Assembly (NCBI GenBank): GCA_963716755.1
Contig: CAVQUD010000009.1
Coordinates: forward strand, 15,477-79,476
Direction: 5' to 3'
DNA length: 64,000 bases
DNA from: Blastocatellia bacterium
Lineage (GTDB): Bacteria > Acidobacteriota > Blastocatellia > Pyrinomonadales > Pyrinomonadaceae
Under the pieces are notes generated by a model that saw only the letters and a program-made list of their open reading frames with translations, searched no databases and was not told the DNA's origin. Every line of letters begins with the position of its first letter. The first letter of the stretch is position 1. A program made the position numbers and the translations under genes. Positions 47,186 to 59,164 of this stretch are shown in pieces.

Positions 47186-48892
47186 TTATTTGCGGAATTC
47201 TTCCGATGCCGGCGTGAGCTCCGCTGGTGATAAAGAAGGTTGAATTGTGCGGGATTTCCCAAAGAAACGCAGCATTGCGAGGTGAGAGAGAAGCTTGACG
47301 GTGCCGACGATCGTTTTGAGCGTGTTCATCTTCGAGGCACCGAAGAGACGGACAGCGAGGACGGTCGGAAATTCGACGATCTTGCCGCCATCGAGATCGA
47401 GCAAGCCGAGCATTTCCGGTACGCCGTGGAAGCCGGGAGCCGTCGGGTTGATATTTACCATCGAGCTTCGGCGAAAGACGCGGAAGCAGCTCGTGTACGA
47501 CGCGATCTTGGTCCGCAGCACCCGCCGATACAGCACAGATGCACCCTTTGAGAGCAAAAGCCGCCATCCGGGCACGTTCTGCACGCCGCCGTCCTTGTGA
47601 TAAGGCGACGCGGTGACCATGTCCACGTCCGGCTTCATCAGCGGGATCATTTTGGCCAGTTCGTGCGGGTCAAACGTGCAGTCGCAGTCGATCGAGCAGA
47701 CCAACTCGGTCCTCGCCGCCCTGATGCCGGTCATAATACCGCCGGCCACGCCCTTATTGACCTCGTGCTGCAGGATCTGGATGTTCTTTCGGTCGCCGAA
47801 GAGTGAATGCATCACGTTCAACGTGTCGTCCTGGCTCCTGTCGTCAACAAAGATAAGCTCGGACGTGAATCCGATGTCGTTTAGCCGTGATTCGACCGAG
47901 GTGAGCGTTTTAGCGAGATATGGCAGAGATTCCTGTTCGTTGTAACAGGGAATGACGATCGATACCGGAGTCAGATCTTTAGATGGTTTCGCTGCGACCT
48001 CGGTAACCTGTTCGCGGGCCGCAAGTTGAGGCACGGCAGGGCGGATCTCCTGACTTAGGCCGAGGTGCGACGCTATGCCGTCACAATCGTACAGGGCGAG
48101 ATTCTCGTTGAGGATCCACTCCATCTTGTCGAGCTTGCGATAGTGGCGGATGCGATTGATCCTCGACGCCGCAGAGATGCGCGGCTGTTCCGGGTCGAGT
48201 TCCCAGACGTGAAAGTAAAACACGAACGGGTCGTCCTGACGTTTGTGCCAATTTCTGACCGCTTTTCGCAGCAGCGTGTAGGGAAGTTGGCGAACATAAT
48301 TGCCGCCCGATATCGGCAGCAGACCGACGCCGAGATCCGTTGTTGAATAGGGAAATTCCCAAATCGTTCTTCCGCCCGTGCTTATCTCATGTGCGACGCG
48401 TTTAGATTTCTCCGTCTTTGAATTCGGCAAAAATGAGGCATCGTACGTGAAGCCTTCATCTGCAAGCGTGTCGAGCACCCAGCCGCTTTGATCGAACGCC
48501 AGCTTTTCTGCGGCACGATAACCGATGACCTTTTGTCCGCAGGCTTCCTCGATAACGTCGTTGGTTCGCCGCAGGTCCTCGCGAAATTCGTTGGGCGTCA
48601 GATTCCGTGGGCTGCGGTGGTAGAACCCGCGGCTTGCCACCTCGTGTCCGCGTGCGATGATCTCGCGGATCAGGTCAGGACTGCGTTCGGCGATCCAGCC
48701 GAGCACAAAGAATGTCGCGGTGGCATTGTAGCGGTCAAGTAGGTCAAGTGTCTTGAGCGTGTTTTGTTCGTAACGCGGCTCAAAATTAGACCAATTTCGC
48801 TGCTGTATCAGGCTCTCGAACGCGCCGACATGGAAATAGTCCTCCACCAAAATGGTGAGAAGGTGCTTATTGGCTTGTGTCGGCGGAGTCAT
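47186..48892 (-). CDS. fusion protein: DUF3473-type polysaccharide deacetylase (N-terminal) + family 2 glycosyltransferase (C-terminal)
   Basis: N-terminal: LLTILVEDYFHVGAF..ATFFVLGWIAERSPDLIREIIARGHEVASRGFYH. C-terminal: VSIVIPCYNEQESL..IFVDDRSQDDT..CSIDCDCTFDP. Start taken at ATG 48892. Confidence 0.75.
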   Translation of the reverse strand: MTPPTQANKHLLTILVEDYFHVGAFESLIQQRNWSNFEPRYEQNTLKTLDLLDRYNATATFFVLGWIAERSPDLIREIIARGHEVASRGFYHRSPRNLTPNEFREDLRRTNDVIEEACGQKVIGYRAAEKLAFDQSGWVLDTLADEGFTYDASFLPNSKTEKSKRVAHEISTGGRTIWEFPYSTTDLGVGLLPISGGNYVRQLPYTLLRKAVRNWHKRQDDPFVFYFHVWELDPEQPRISAASRINRIRHYRKLDKMEWILNENLALYDCDGIASHLGLSQEIRPAVPQLAAREQVTEVAAKPSKDLTPVSIVIPCYNEQESLPYLAKTLTSVESRLNDIGFTSELIFVDDRSQDDTLNVMHSLFGDRKNIQILQHEVNKGVAGGIMTGIRAARTELVCSIDCDCTFDPHELAKMIPLMKPDVDMVTASPYHKDGGVQNVPGWRLLLSKGASVLYRRVLRTKIASYTSCFRVFRRSSMVNINPTAPGFHGVPEMLGLLDLDGGKIVEFPTVLAVRLFGASKMNTLKTIVGTVKLLSHLAMLRFFGKSRTIQPSLSPAELTPASEEFRK

Positions 48893-48899
48893 TAACAGG

Positions 48900-50048
48900 T
48901 TAGAAAAGTTTGCCTTGGGCGGCTCGTTCTCGCAGCGATTTAGACGCGAGCTTTTCCTCAATGATCTTAACTATACGGGCTGCGGATCGACCGTCGCCGA
49001 ATGGATTGGCGACTTCCTTGACCGATCTGATCCAAGTGTCGACCGAGTAGTTTTCCTCGAGCATTTTCTTGAGCGAGCCGGGACTTGTGCCGACCAGTTT
49101 TGAAACTCCCGCTCTTATCGCCTCGGGCCGTTCGGTGTTCTCTCGCAGAACCAGAAGCGGTTTGCCGAGGCTCGGTGCTTCCTCCTGAACGCCGCCTGAA
49201 TCTGACACGATCAGCCAGGAGGCCTTCATTATTGCTAGAAAGTCCGAATAGTCGAGCGGCTCCAGTAGATGTATGCGCTCGCGGCCGCCGAGTATCTCGT
49301 TCGCGATGCCTTTGACGTTAGGATTAGGGTGAACAGGGAAGAACAGGCAAACATCCGGCCGTTGTTCGACAAAATCGCGGATCACCTTGAGATTTGAGGT
49401 CATCGTTTCGCCAAAGCTCTCGCGCCGGTGCGTGGTCAGCAGGAGCCGTTTCTTGCCCTTTGTCGATTCGATCAGCTCTGTGATCGCGGGCGAGACGGTC
49501 AGATTCTTGAGCATGAACTTCATCGCGTCGACGACAGGGTTGCCGGTGACGAATATCCGCTCGCTCGGCACGTCCTCGGCGAGCAGATTGCGGCGGTTCT
49601 TTTCGGTCGCGGCGAAGTGGAATGAAGCGACCTGTGATGCGACGCGGCGGTTCATTTCCTCGGGAAACGGGCTCATCATATTACCGGACCTCAGGCCCGC
49701 CTCGACGTGGCCCACGGGAACCTGTCGGTAGAAGCCGGCTAGAGCGCCGGCAAGCGTTGTCGTCGTATCTCCCTGAACGAGAATGAGATCTGGTTTTTCT
49801 CGGGCGATTATCTTGTCGAGCTTCGCCATTACACGCGAACAGACCTCGGCCGGTGCTTGATTCGGCTTCATCACACCGAGGTCGAAGTCGATATCGATCC
49901 CGAGGCTGTCGAGAAAGGGCAGCAACAGCCCCTTGTGCTGGCTTGAGCAGACGACGACCGTCTGGAAGGATTTCTTCCTCAGTTCGTGTATCACGAGTGC
50001 CAGCTTAATGGCCTCGGGCCGGGTACCGAATAGAACGAGCACCTTCAT
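48900..50048 (-). CDS. wecB: UDP-N-acetylglucosamine 2-epimerase (non-hydrolysing)
   Basis: MKVLVLFGTRPEAIKLA, GHVEAGLRSGN, SDSGGVQEEAPSLGKPLLVLRENTERPE. The start could also be an upstream ATG (50108/50114). Confidence 0.85.
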   Translation of the reverse strand: MKVLVLFGTRPEAIKLALVIHELRKKSFQTVVVCSSQHKGLLLPFLDSLGIDIDFDLGVMKPNQAPAEVCSRVMAKLDKIIAREKPDLILVQGDTTTTLAGALAGFYRQVPVGHVEAGLRSGNMMSPFPEEMNRRVASQVASFHFAATEKNRRNLLAEDVPSERIFVTGNPVVDAMKFMLKNLTVSPAITELIESTKGKKRLLLTTHRRESFGETMTSNLKVIRDFVEQRPDVCLFFPVHPNPNVKGIANEILGGRERIHLLEPLDYSDFLAIMKASWLIVSDSGGVQEEAPSLGKPLLVLRENTERPEAIRAGVSKLVGTSPGSLKKMLEENYSVDTWIRSVKEVANPFGDGRSAARIVKIIEEKLASKSLRERAAQGKLF

Positions 50049-50193
50049 CCGCCGCTCGACGATGGATCGCAGTTCGGTGTCGTTGCCGTTAGTTGTCGTA
50101 TCGAACATAGACATTCCGACGAAAAATACCCGCTTGTTGTGACGTGATACTATACATCTAAACATTCTCACGTTCCGTTTTGCAACGTTTTTT

Positions 50194-52209
50194 ATGCGTC
50201 CGACTGCCTTGATATTCGCGTGTTTTTGCCTATTTCAGGCGGTTCGCGGCCAGCAGCCGTCGCCTCCGCCGTCGATCCATGAAGAGGTCACCGTGACCGC
50301 TGCGGGCACCGAGACACGCGTCGGTGAAACGCCCGCAAGCGTTGCCTCGCTGTCACGAGCGGACATTGAGGCATCTGCCGCACCTGTTCTGGATGATGTG
50401 CTGCGGCAGGCGGTCGGATTCTCAATATTCCGCCGCTCATCTAGCCGCAACGCTAACCCGACGACACAGGGCGTTTCGCTTCGCGGCGTCGGTTCGAGCG
50501 GGGCGAGCCGCAGCACGGTGCTGTTCGATGGCGTGCCGCTCAACGACCCGTTCGGCGGCTGGGTGCAATGGAACCGAGTATCGTCCGTCGAGATCGGCTC
50601 GGCCGAGGTCTTTCGCGGCGGTGCGTCGGCCCTCTACGGTGACAGTGGACTGAGCGGTGCGGTCAATCTCTTGCGGCGAACTGAAATGGGAGAACATCTT
50701 GCTTTTGAGGTATTTGGCGGCGGCCAGCGGACATACTCCGGCTCAGTATTTGCCGGGTTCGGGGCAAAACGATGGCAAGCGGACGTTGCGGCCGCAAGGT
50801 TCAGCACACGCGGCTTTGTGCCGGTCGAGTCCGCGTCGGCAGGCCTCGTCGATACGCCTGCGGGCGTACAAAGCTGGCTCATCCGACCGAGATTCGGCTA
50901 CTTCGTTGGTAAACGAGGCTCGATCTTTGCCGAGCCGTCATACTTTACCGAGGCCCGGACGAATGGCACGCCGCTGCAAACGAATCGCACGCACATCAAC
51001 GGTCTCGTGATCGGTGGCGACATCGCCGGAAGGGTAAATACTCGGTGGCGCTTGTTCGGAGGCCGACAGGTGTACGACCAGGCCTTCTCGGCGGTCGACG
51101 CATTACGAACTACCGAAGCTCTAATCCGCATCCAGCGTGTTCCGGTGCGAAGTATCGGCACCTCGTTCCATTTGGACGCAGTCGTCGGGCGGCACACGCT
51201 TGTCACTGGATTTGATGCGCGGAATGTTCGTGGTGAGAGCGACGAGACGGCTTATTCGGCGGGCGTTCCATCGGCGATAACAAATTCTGGCGGGCGGCAG
51301 ACCACCTTTGGCTTGTATGCTCAGGATATGTTGACGGTTGGAAAGCGGGTCGTGCTGATCGGTGGTGTGCGGTTTGATAAATGGAGCAACTATCGCGGGT
51401 TTTCTGCGACAACAATTCTCGCCTCTGGCCAGACGGCGGCAACGGCGTTCCCCGATCGCGGCGACTCGGCCGTCAGTCCGCGTGGCTCGGCACTTGTGCG
51501 TCTCGACGATCGCATCTCGCTATACGCGGCCGCGTCGGGCAGTTTTCGTTCGCCGACGCTGAACGAGTTATATCGCGGCTTTCGCGTCGGTAATGTTGTC
51601 ACGCAGGCAAACGTTGATCTGGCCGCGGAAACGGCGGTGAACCTCGAAGGCGGTGTGTTGTTTGGCCGAGGGCAGACATTCTTGAGGGCAAATGTTTTTA
51701 CCGCCAATGTCCGAAATGCCGTCGCAAACGTGACGCTCAGCGTCACGCCGTCGCTCATAACGCGGCAGCGGAGAAATGCCGCCGAGACGCGCTCGTCAGG
51801 TGCCGAGATCGAGGCCGAGAGGCGCTTTTCGCGCGTCACGGTCACGGGCGGGTACCTGTTTGCCGATTCTACAATCACGGAGTTTCCGTCAGATCCAACG
51901 CTCGTAGGGCGGATGGTGCCACAGGTCCCTCGGCATCAGTTCACGCTGCAGGCACGCTATTCACGCGGCAGATGGCTGGCCTCGGGACAGTTTCGCGCTT
52001 CAAGCAGCCAATTTGACGACGACCTTAATCAGTTTCGTCTGGAGCCGTATGGTCAGCTCGACGTGTTTGTCTTACGCAGCATCGGCGAACGACTCCGCGT
52101 CTTCGCCGCGGTCGAGAACGTGTTCAACTCGCGCTACTCGGTCGGGAAAACGCCGATCCGAACGGTCAGCTCGCCTGCCCTGATGAGGGTTGGGATAAGG
52201 TGGAATTGA
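50194..52209 (+). CDS. TonB-dependent receptor
   Basis: Signal MRPTALIFACFCLFQAVRGQ. Plug DVLRQAVGFSIFRR..GVSLRGVGSSGASRSTVLFDGVPLNDPFGG. Long beta-barrel with alternating pattern. Confidence 0.85.
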   Translation: MRPTALIFACFCLFQAVRGQQPSPPPSIHEEVTVTAAGTETRVGETPASVASLSRADIEASAAPVLDDVLRQAVGFSIFRRSSSRNANPTTQGVSLRGVGSSGASRSTVLFDGVPLNDPFGGWVQWNRVSSVEIGSAEVFRGGASALYGDSGLSGAVNLLRRTEMGEHLAFEVFGGGQRTYSGSVFAGFGAKRWQADVAAARFSTRGFVPVESASAGLVDTPAGVQSWLIRPRFGYFVGKRGSIFAEPSYFTEARTNGTPLQTNRTHINGLVIGGDIAGRVNTRWRLFGGRQVYDQAFSAVDALRTTEALIRIQRVPVRSIGTSFHLDAVVGRHTLVTGFDARNVRGESDETAYSAGVPSAITNSGGRQTTFGLYAQDMLTVGKRVVLIGGVRFDKWSNYRGFSATTILASGQTAATAFPDRGDSAVSPRGSALVRLDDRISLYAAASGSFRSPTLNELYRGFRVGNVVTQANVDLAAETAVNLEGGVLFGRGQTFLRANVFTANVRNAVANVTLSVTPSLITRQRRNAAETRSSGAEIEAERRFSRVTVTGGYLFADSTITEFPSDPTLVGRMVPQVPRHQFTLQARYSRGRWLASGQFRASSSQFDDDLNQFRLEPYGQLDVFVLRSIGERLRVFAAVENVFNSRYSVGKTPIRTVSSPALMRVGIRWN

Positions 52210-52229
52210 TCGGATGAAAGCGCAAAAAA

Positions 52230-52249
52230 AAGACGGCCGCAGCCGTCTT
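52230..52249. terminator. bidirectional terminator between convergent genes
   Basis: AAGACGGC-CGCA-GCCGTCTT, with an A run upstream (52224-52231) and CTTCTT downstream. Confidence 0.65.
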
Positions 52250-52255
52250 CTTGGA

Positions 52256-52552
52256 TCATTCAGGTGGTCCCTGACATTTTGGCCCCATTAGGGCTGGGAC
52301 CTTGGTTGAGATGATCGGATAATTTTCCGCCTCGGCATTCTTCTCCATCCACTCGGCGTATTCCGGTGGGTATGACATATCGGAATAGATCGCCTCGACG
52401 GGGCACTCAGGCAGGCACGCGTCGCAATCGATGCAGGCGTCCGGATTGATCAGCAGCCGGTCGGGCGTTTCGTGAAAGGCCTCGACCGGACAGACAGCGG
52501 CGCAGTCAGTGTATTTGCAGTCGATGCAAGGCGTTGTGACGATATAGGTCAT
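52256..52552 (-). CDS. fdxA: ferredoxin, 7Fe (3Fe-4S + 4Fe-4S) FdxA type
   Basis: MTYIVTTPCIDCKYTDCAAVCPVEAFHE..CIDCDACLPECPVEAI. Confidence 0.9.
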   Translation of the reverse strand: MTYIVTTPCIDCKYTDCAAVCPVEAFHETPDRLLINPDACIDCDACLPECPVEAIYSDMSYPPEYAEWMEKNAEAENYPIISTKVPALMGPKCQGPPE

Positions 52553-52701
52553 TGATTCAGGTCCTCGCGCGTCGGATCAAAGTTCGCGACAAACTAAAAC
52601 CGTAATATCCGCAAGAGTATATTGTCAAATCAGAGTTAACAAGTGGTAAAATGCCCCTTGCTAGCTCGAAAATCCCGAGATCATTTAACGAACGGAGTCT
52701 G

Positions 52702-53745
52702 ATGAAAACCATCAAAGCTGAACGAGACCTTTCGCTCGATTTTCTGCGTGTCACCGAGGCCGCGGCCATTGAATCGGCCAAGACCATGGGCCAGGGCGAC
52801 CGTAAATATTCCGACCACGTCGCCGTCGAGGCGATGCGCGAGGTAATGGACACCGTGCCCATGCGCGGGCGCATCGTCATCGGCGAAGGCGAACGCGACG
52901 AGGCGCCGATGCTCTACATCGGCGAAGAGGTCGGCGGCGGCATCTTCTCTGATGATGCCAGAACCGAGTTTCCTGAGGTAGATATCGCGGTCGATCCGCT
53001 CGAGGGCACGAATCTATGTGCGCTCGGTGCCAACAACGCCATAGCGGTGCTTGCGGCCGCGGAACGCGGCGGTTTGCTCTACGCGCCGGATGTTTATATG
53101 GACAAGATCGTTGTCGGTCCGTCGTGTCGCGGCTCCGTCGATATCGATGCTCCGGTGGAAGACAATCTCAAGAATATTGCCCGTCGTCTGGGCCGCGACA
53201 TAGAAGACCTGACCGTGATGTGCCTCGAGCGGGCGCGGCACAAGGCTTTGGTTGACGAGGTCCGAGCCGCAGGTGCCCGCATCCGACTGATCTCTGACGG
53301 TGACCTTTCGGCGGGTATCTCGGCGGCAGTTGCAGGAACAAATATTCATGCCCTGATGGGAATCGGCGGTGCTCCCGAAGGCGTAATCACGGCCGCCGCG
53401 ATGAAATGCCTGAACGGCGAGATACAGACGAAGTTTGTTTTTGATCCCGAGCGTCTCGGCGTCGATAAGTCGAAGGTGCCGCCTCTTGACGAGCTGATGA
53501 AACGCCTCGGCGAAATGGGCATCACAGATCCATACAAGACTTTCGACACGAACGACCTGGCACCGGGCAAGAAGATCATATTCGCCGCGACAGGCGTGAC
53601 TGACGGCTCGCTGCTCCGCGGCGTCAGGTTCTTTGGTGCGGGCAAACGCACACATTCGGTGGTTATGACGACCGACAGCAAGAGCATCCGATTTGTCGAT
53701 ACCGTTCATGTCGATGGCGGGCCCGACGCGGTTATCCGTTTCTAA
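52702..53745 (+). CDS. glpX: class II fructose-1,6-bisphosphatase
   Basis: [78 protein letters not shown]. Confidence 0.9.
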   Translation: MKTIKAERDLSLDFLRVTEAAAIESAKTMGQGDRKYSDHVAVEAMREVMDTVPMRGRIVIGEGERDEAPMLYIGEEVGGGIFSDDARTEFPEVDIAVDPLEGTNLCALGANNAIAVLAAAERGGLLYAPDVYMDKIVVGPSCRGSVDIDAPVEDNLKNIARRLGRDIEDLTVMCLERARHKALVDEVRAAGARIRLISDGDLSAGISAAVAGTNIHALMGIGGAPEGVITAAAMKCLNGEIQTKFVFDPERLGVDKSKVPPLDELMKRLGEMGITDPYKTFDTNDLAPGKKIIFAATGVTDGSLLRGVRFFGAGKRTHSVVMTTDSKSIRFVDTVHVDGGPDAVIRF

Positions 53746-53769
53746 CAAGGTTTTTTGGGGAGGCTAGTT

Positions 53770-55577
<1,808 letters not shown>

Positions 55578-55581
55578 AAGT

Positions 55582-58029
55582 ATGACGGCCGAGACACCTT
55601 ATGTCCTGGACCTCTCACAAGTCAGTGCGGACGATGTCGCGCTCGTCGGCGGCAAGTGCGCGAGTCTGGGCGAACTGTTTCGCGAGCTTACAACGCAGGG
55701 CGTGCGTGCGGTTGACGGTTTTTCGACGACAAGCCACGCCTACCATTTACTTCTCGACACCGACGATCTGCGCAAGCGGCTAAAGGCATTACTTAAAGGC
55801 CTCGATATCAACGACCTCGACGAGCTCGCTCGCGTCGGAGCGGAAGCTCGGCGGCTGATGCTCGAGACGCCGTTTCCCAAAGATGTCGAGACGGCAATAA
55901 TCGAGTCGTATCATCGGCTCGGCGAACGCTTTGGAAAGAAGAATCCCGAAGTTGCCGTGCGTTCATCCGCCACAGCCGAGGACCTGCCTGATGCATCGTT
56001 TGCGGGCCAGCAGGACACTATCCTAAACGTCCGCGGCGAATCACGGCTTATTGAGGCCTGTCATCAATGCTACGCGAGCCTCTGGACCGACCGCGCGATC
56101 TCTTACCGCACGGCTAAAGGATTTGACCACTTTGACGTCGCTCTCTCGATCGGTATCCAGCCGATGGTGCGCTCCGATATGGCGTGTTCGGGCGTGATGT
56201 TTACGCTCGATACGGAGAGCGGATTCCGCGACGCGGTCGTGATCAACGGTGCGTGGGGCCTGGGCGAGGCCGTCGTGCAGGGAATGGCCACGCCGGACGA
56301 GTGGATCGTCTTTAAACCGACGCTCAAACTCGGTTTTCGGCCGATCGTCACACGAAAACTCGGCGTCAAAGAGGTCAAGATGGTCTTTAACGACGACGGC
56401 GTAGGCACGGTCGTGCGCGACGTTGTTGAAACGCAGCGTAACCGCATGTGCCTTGCGGGCTTCGAGGTCCTGCAGCTTGCCCAGTGGGCGTGCGCGATCG
56501 AGGACCACTATTCGATCGCTCGCCGGAAAAGAGCAGCCGATGGACATCGAGTGGGCCAAGGACGGCATTACCGGGGAACTGTTCATCCTGCAGGCCCGGC
56601 CTGAGACCGTTCACGCACAGCGTACAGAGAATTTCATCGAGAAGTACAAATTGACAGGCACGCATGGAGCACCGCTTGTTTCCGGCGTCGCCGTCGGCGA
56701 AAAGATCGGTCACGGCACGGCCCACGTCATGCTCGATTCGGCGAAGCTCAATACGTTCAAGGAAGGCGAGATTCTCGTGACCTCGATGACCGATCCGGCG
56801 TGGGAGCCGATCATGAAACGCGCGTCGGCTATCGTTACCGACCGCGGCGGCCGTACGTGCCACAGCGCGATTATCAGCCGCGAGCTTGGAATTCCATGCA
56901 TCGTCGGAGCAGGCAATGCGACCGAACAGATCAAGAACGGTGCGCCGATCACAGTCTCGTGTGCCGAGGGCGAGCGCGGCAACATCTATTACGGCAAGAT
57001 CGATTTTAAGGTCGAGAAACAGAAGATCACCGACAACGACCGGCCGCAGACACAGATAATGATGAATGTCGGCGACCCTGACCACGCGTTCGACGTATCG
57101 CGGCTGCCGAACGACGGCGTCGGGCTCGCTCGGCTCGAGTTCATCATCAACAACCACATCGGCATTCACCCGATGGCGTTGGTGAATTACCCGAACCTCA
57201 AGAACCGCAAGACGATCGACTTTATCGCGGCGCGCATTCTCGAGGAGGATCCGAAAGAGTTTTTTGTCCGCAGCCTGTCAGAAGGCGTCGGCCGCATCGC
57301 GGCGGCGTTTTATCCAAAACCCGTGATCGTTCGCATGTCCGATTTCAAATCGAACGAATACGCGATGCTCGTCGGCGGAAAGGAATTTGAGCCTGTCGAA
57401 GAGAATCCGATGATCGGCTTTCGCGGGGCGTCACGATATTACGACGACCGCTATCGCGCCGGCTTTAAGCTCGAATGTCAGGCGATGCTTCGTGCCCGTG
57501 AGGACATGGGCCTGACCAACATCAAGCCGATGATCCCGTTTTGCCGTACCGTTGAGGAAGGTGAAAAAGTTATCGCCCTGATGGCCGAATACGGCCTCGT
57601 CCAGGGCGAAAACGACCTCGAGATCTACGCGATGTGCGAACTGCCGGCTAACGTAGTTTTCGCCGACGAGTTTCTCAAGGTCTTTGACGGCTATTCGATC
57701 GGTTCCAACGACCTGACGCAGCTTGCCCTCGGCCTCGACCGCGACAGCGAGATGGTCGCGCATCTCTTTGACGAGCGTAACGGCGCGGTCGAAAAGATGG
57801 TCGCGATGGCAATCGAAGCGGCACAGCGCAGCGGCAAAAAGATCGGCATCTGCGGCCAGGCACCGTCGGATTATCCCGAATTCGCGGATTTCTCGTGCAG
57901 AAGGGCATCAATTCCATTTCGCTCAATCCCGACACCGTCCTCCAAACCACCGCCCACATTCTCGCGACCGAACGCTCGCTTGGCATCGGTAGCGAAACGG
58001 CCAGCCCAAAACTACGCGCGGTGAAGTAA
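55582..58029 (+). CDS. ppsA: phosphoenolpyruvate synthase, frameshifts near 56510 and 57895
   Basis: LVGGKCASLGELF, SSATAEDLPDASFAGQQDT, TDRGGRTCHSAIISRELGIPCIVG (phosphohistidine), GICGQAPSDYPEFA. True tail ..LVQKGINSISLNPDTVLQTT.. in a third frame, ending at TAA 58027-58029. Confidence 0.9.
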
Positions 58030-58072
58030 AGAGCGATCGCTTGTATTCACTTGGGGAGCAGGTTTTCTCGCC

Positions 58073-58100
58073 GAGACGGAAAAGCTGTCTTTTCCGTCTC
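58073..58100 (+). terminator. rho-independent-type terminator after ppsA
   Basis: GAGACGGAAAAG-CTGT-CTTTTCCGTCTC, a perfect 12-bp stem. Confidence 0.7.
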
Positions 58101-58296
58101 GTCTGTATTACGATTCGCGGCTATGCCGTTATCACGGCCGTAACCGACGGCGGCCCAGCCGCGACCTCAATTGAAAAGCTTACGGAAAAGCACAGCATTT
58201 CCGCTCGGCGAAAAGAAGACTTTTTATTGCATAATGTGGACTGAACAGAATGGATCGGTGGAAATTCGATTTTTCTAAGTTGGATAGTGGTTAGTC

Positions 58297-58834
58297 GTGG
58301 AGAACACTCAGGAGTACATTCCAGTATCGATCTCGGCCCGCTTTCGTCGTCAGGCGTGGAAGGCTTGGGCCATTGGCCTCGCCGTTGTTGCGGTTTGGGT
58401 ATTTGCTTATCGTCCTGGCCCCGCTTGCAAAGGCCAATGGCATGACGGGCTTATCTTCGCCGCTATACACATTCTTCAGGTTTCTCTGTCATCAGCAGTC
58501 TGAGCGTTCCTTTCACCTATTGGCCGAGCAGTTTGGGGTTTGTTCGAGGTGTTTTGGCGTCTATTTCGGCATTTTGACTGGGTTTCGCGATTTATCCGTT
58601 CTGGCGGCGGATCGACGAGATCGAGCCGTTATCAAAGGTCTGGCTTTTTCTTTCGCTGATACCGATCGGTATCGACTGGTCGCTGACTTTTTTTGGGTAT
58701 TTGGGAGAATACTCAGCTATCGCGGTTTCGTTACCGGCCTGATCCTCGGCGTTGCGTGTGCGACGTTCATTGTTCCGGCGATCGTTGAAATTACTCGTAA
58801 TCTGACGCGCAGGCGAACTTTCGTTGACTCGTAA
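58297..58834 (+). CDS. DUF2085 family membrane protein, about three frameshifts
   Basis: FLCHQQSERSFHLLAEQFGVCSRCFGVYFGILTGF in ORF 58373..58834. N-terminal part in ORF 58297..58503. Middle TM part (AIYPFWRRIDEIEPLSKVWLFLSLIPIGIDWSLTFFG) in a third frame. Confidence 0.6.
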
Positions 58835-58870
58835 GCGTAAAACATCCAAGATTAGAAAATACAAACGGCC

Positions 58871-59149
58871 ATGAGCTTTACCCGTGAATCTGCTGTCGAA
58901 CGTGCAAAAAACGACCTCGCCGCACGTTTAGGTATTGAGGCCGGCGACGTGACGGTGAACGGCGTCACTGACAGGGAATTTCCCGACGCCTCACTCGGGG
59001 CACCGACGAAAGGCGAGATGTCGGCGATGATGATATCGAGCGGTTGGCAGATCGATCTGGACGCGAAGGGCAAAAAGTTTGAGTATCGCGGCGATAAATA
59101 TCAGCTTCGGCTGGTCGGATTTGAAAGCGGCAATCACATAGTTAATTAG
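58871..59149 (+). CDS. small hypothetical protein upstream of the S8 peptidase
   Basis: Intact 92-aa ORF, 15 nt upstream of the peptidase start. No recognisable motif. Confidence 0.45.
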   Translation: MSFTRESAVERAKNDLAARLGIEAGDVTVNGVTDREFPDASLGAPTKGEMSAMMISSGWQIDLDAKGKKFEYRGDKYQLRLVGFESGNHIVN

Positions 59150-59164
59150 GTTCGGAGCAGTACC

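Noticed and set aside
58041-58244. 67-aa ORF downstream of ppsA
   Set aside because: It spans the perfect 12-bp ppsA terminator hairpin and has no start context or motifs. It is probably non-coding.
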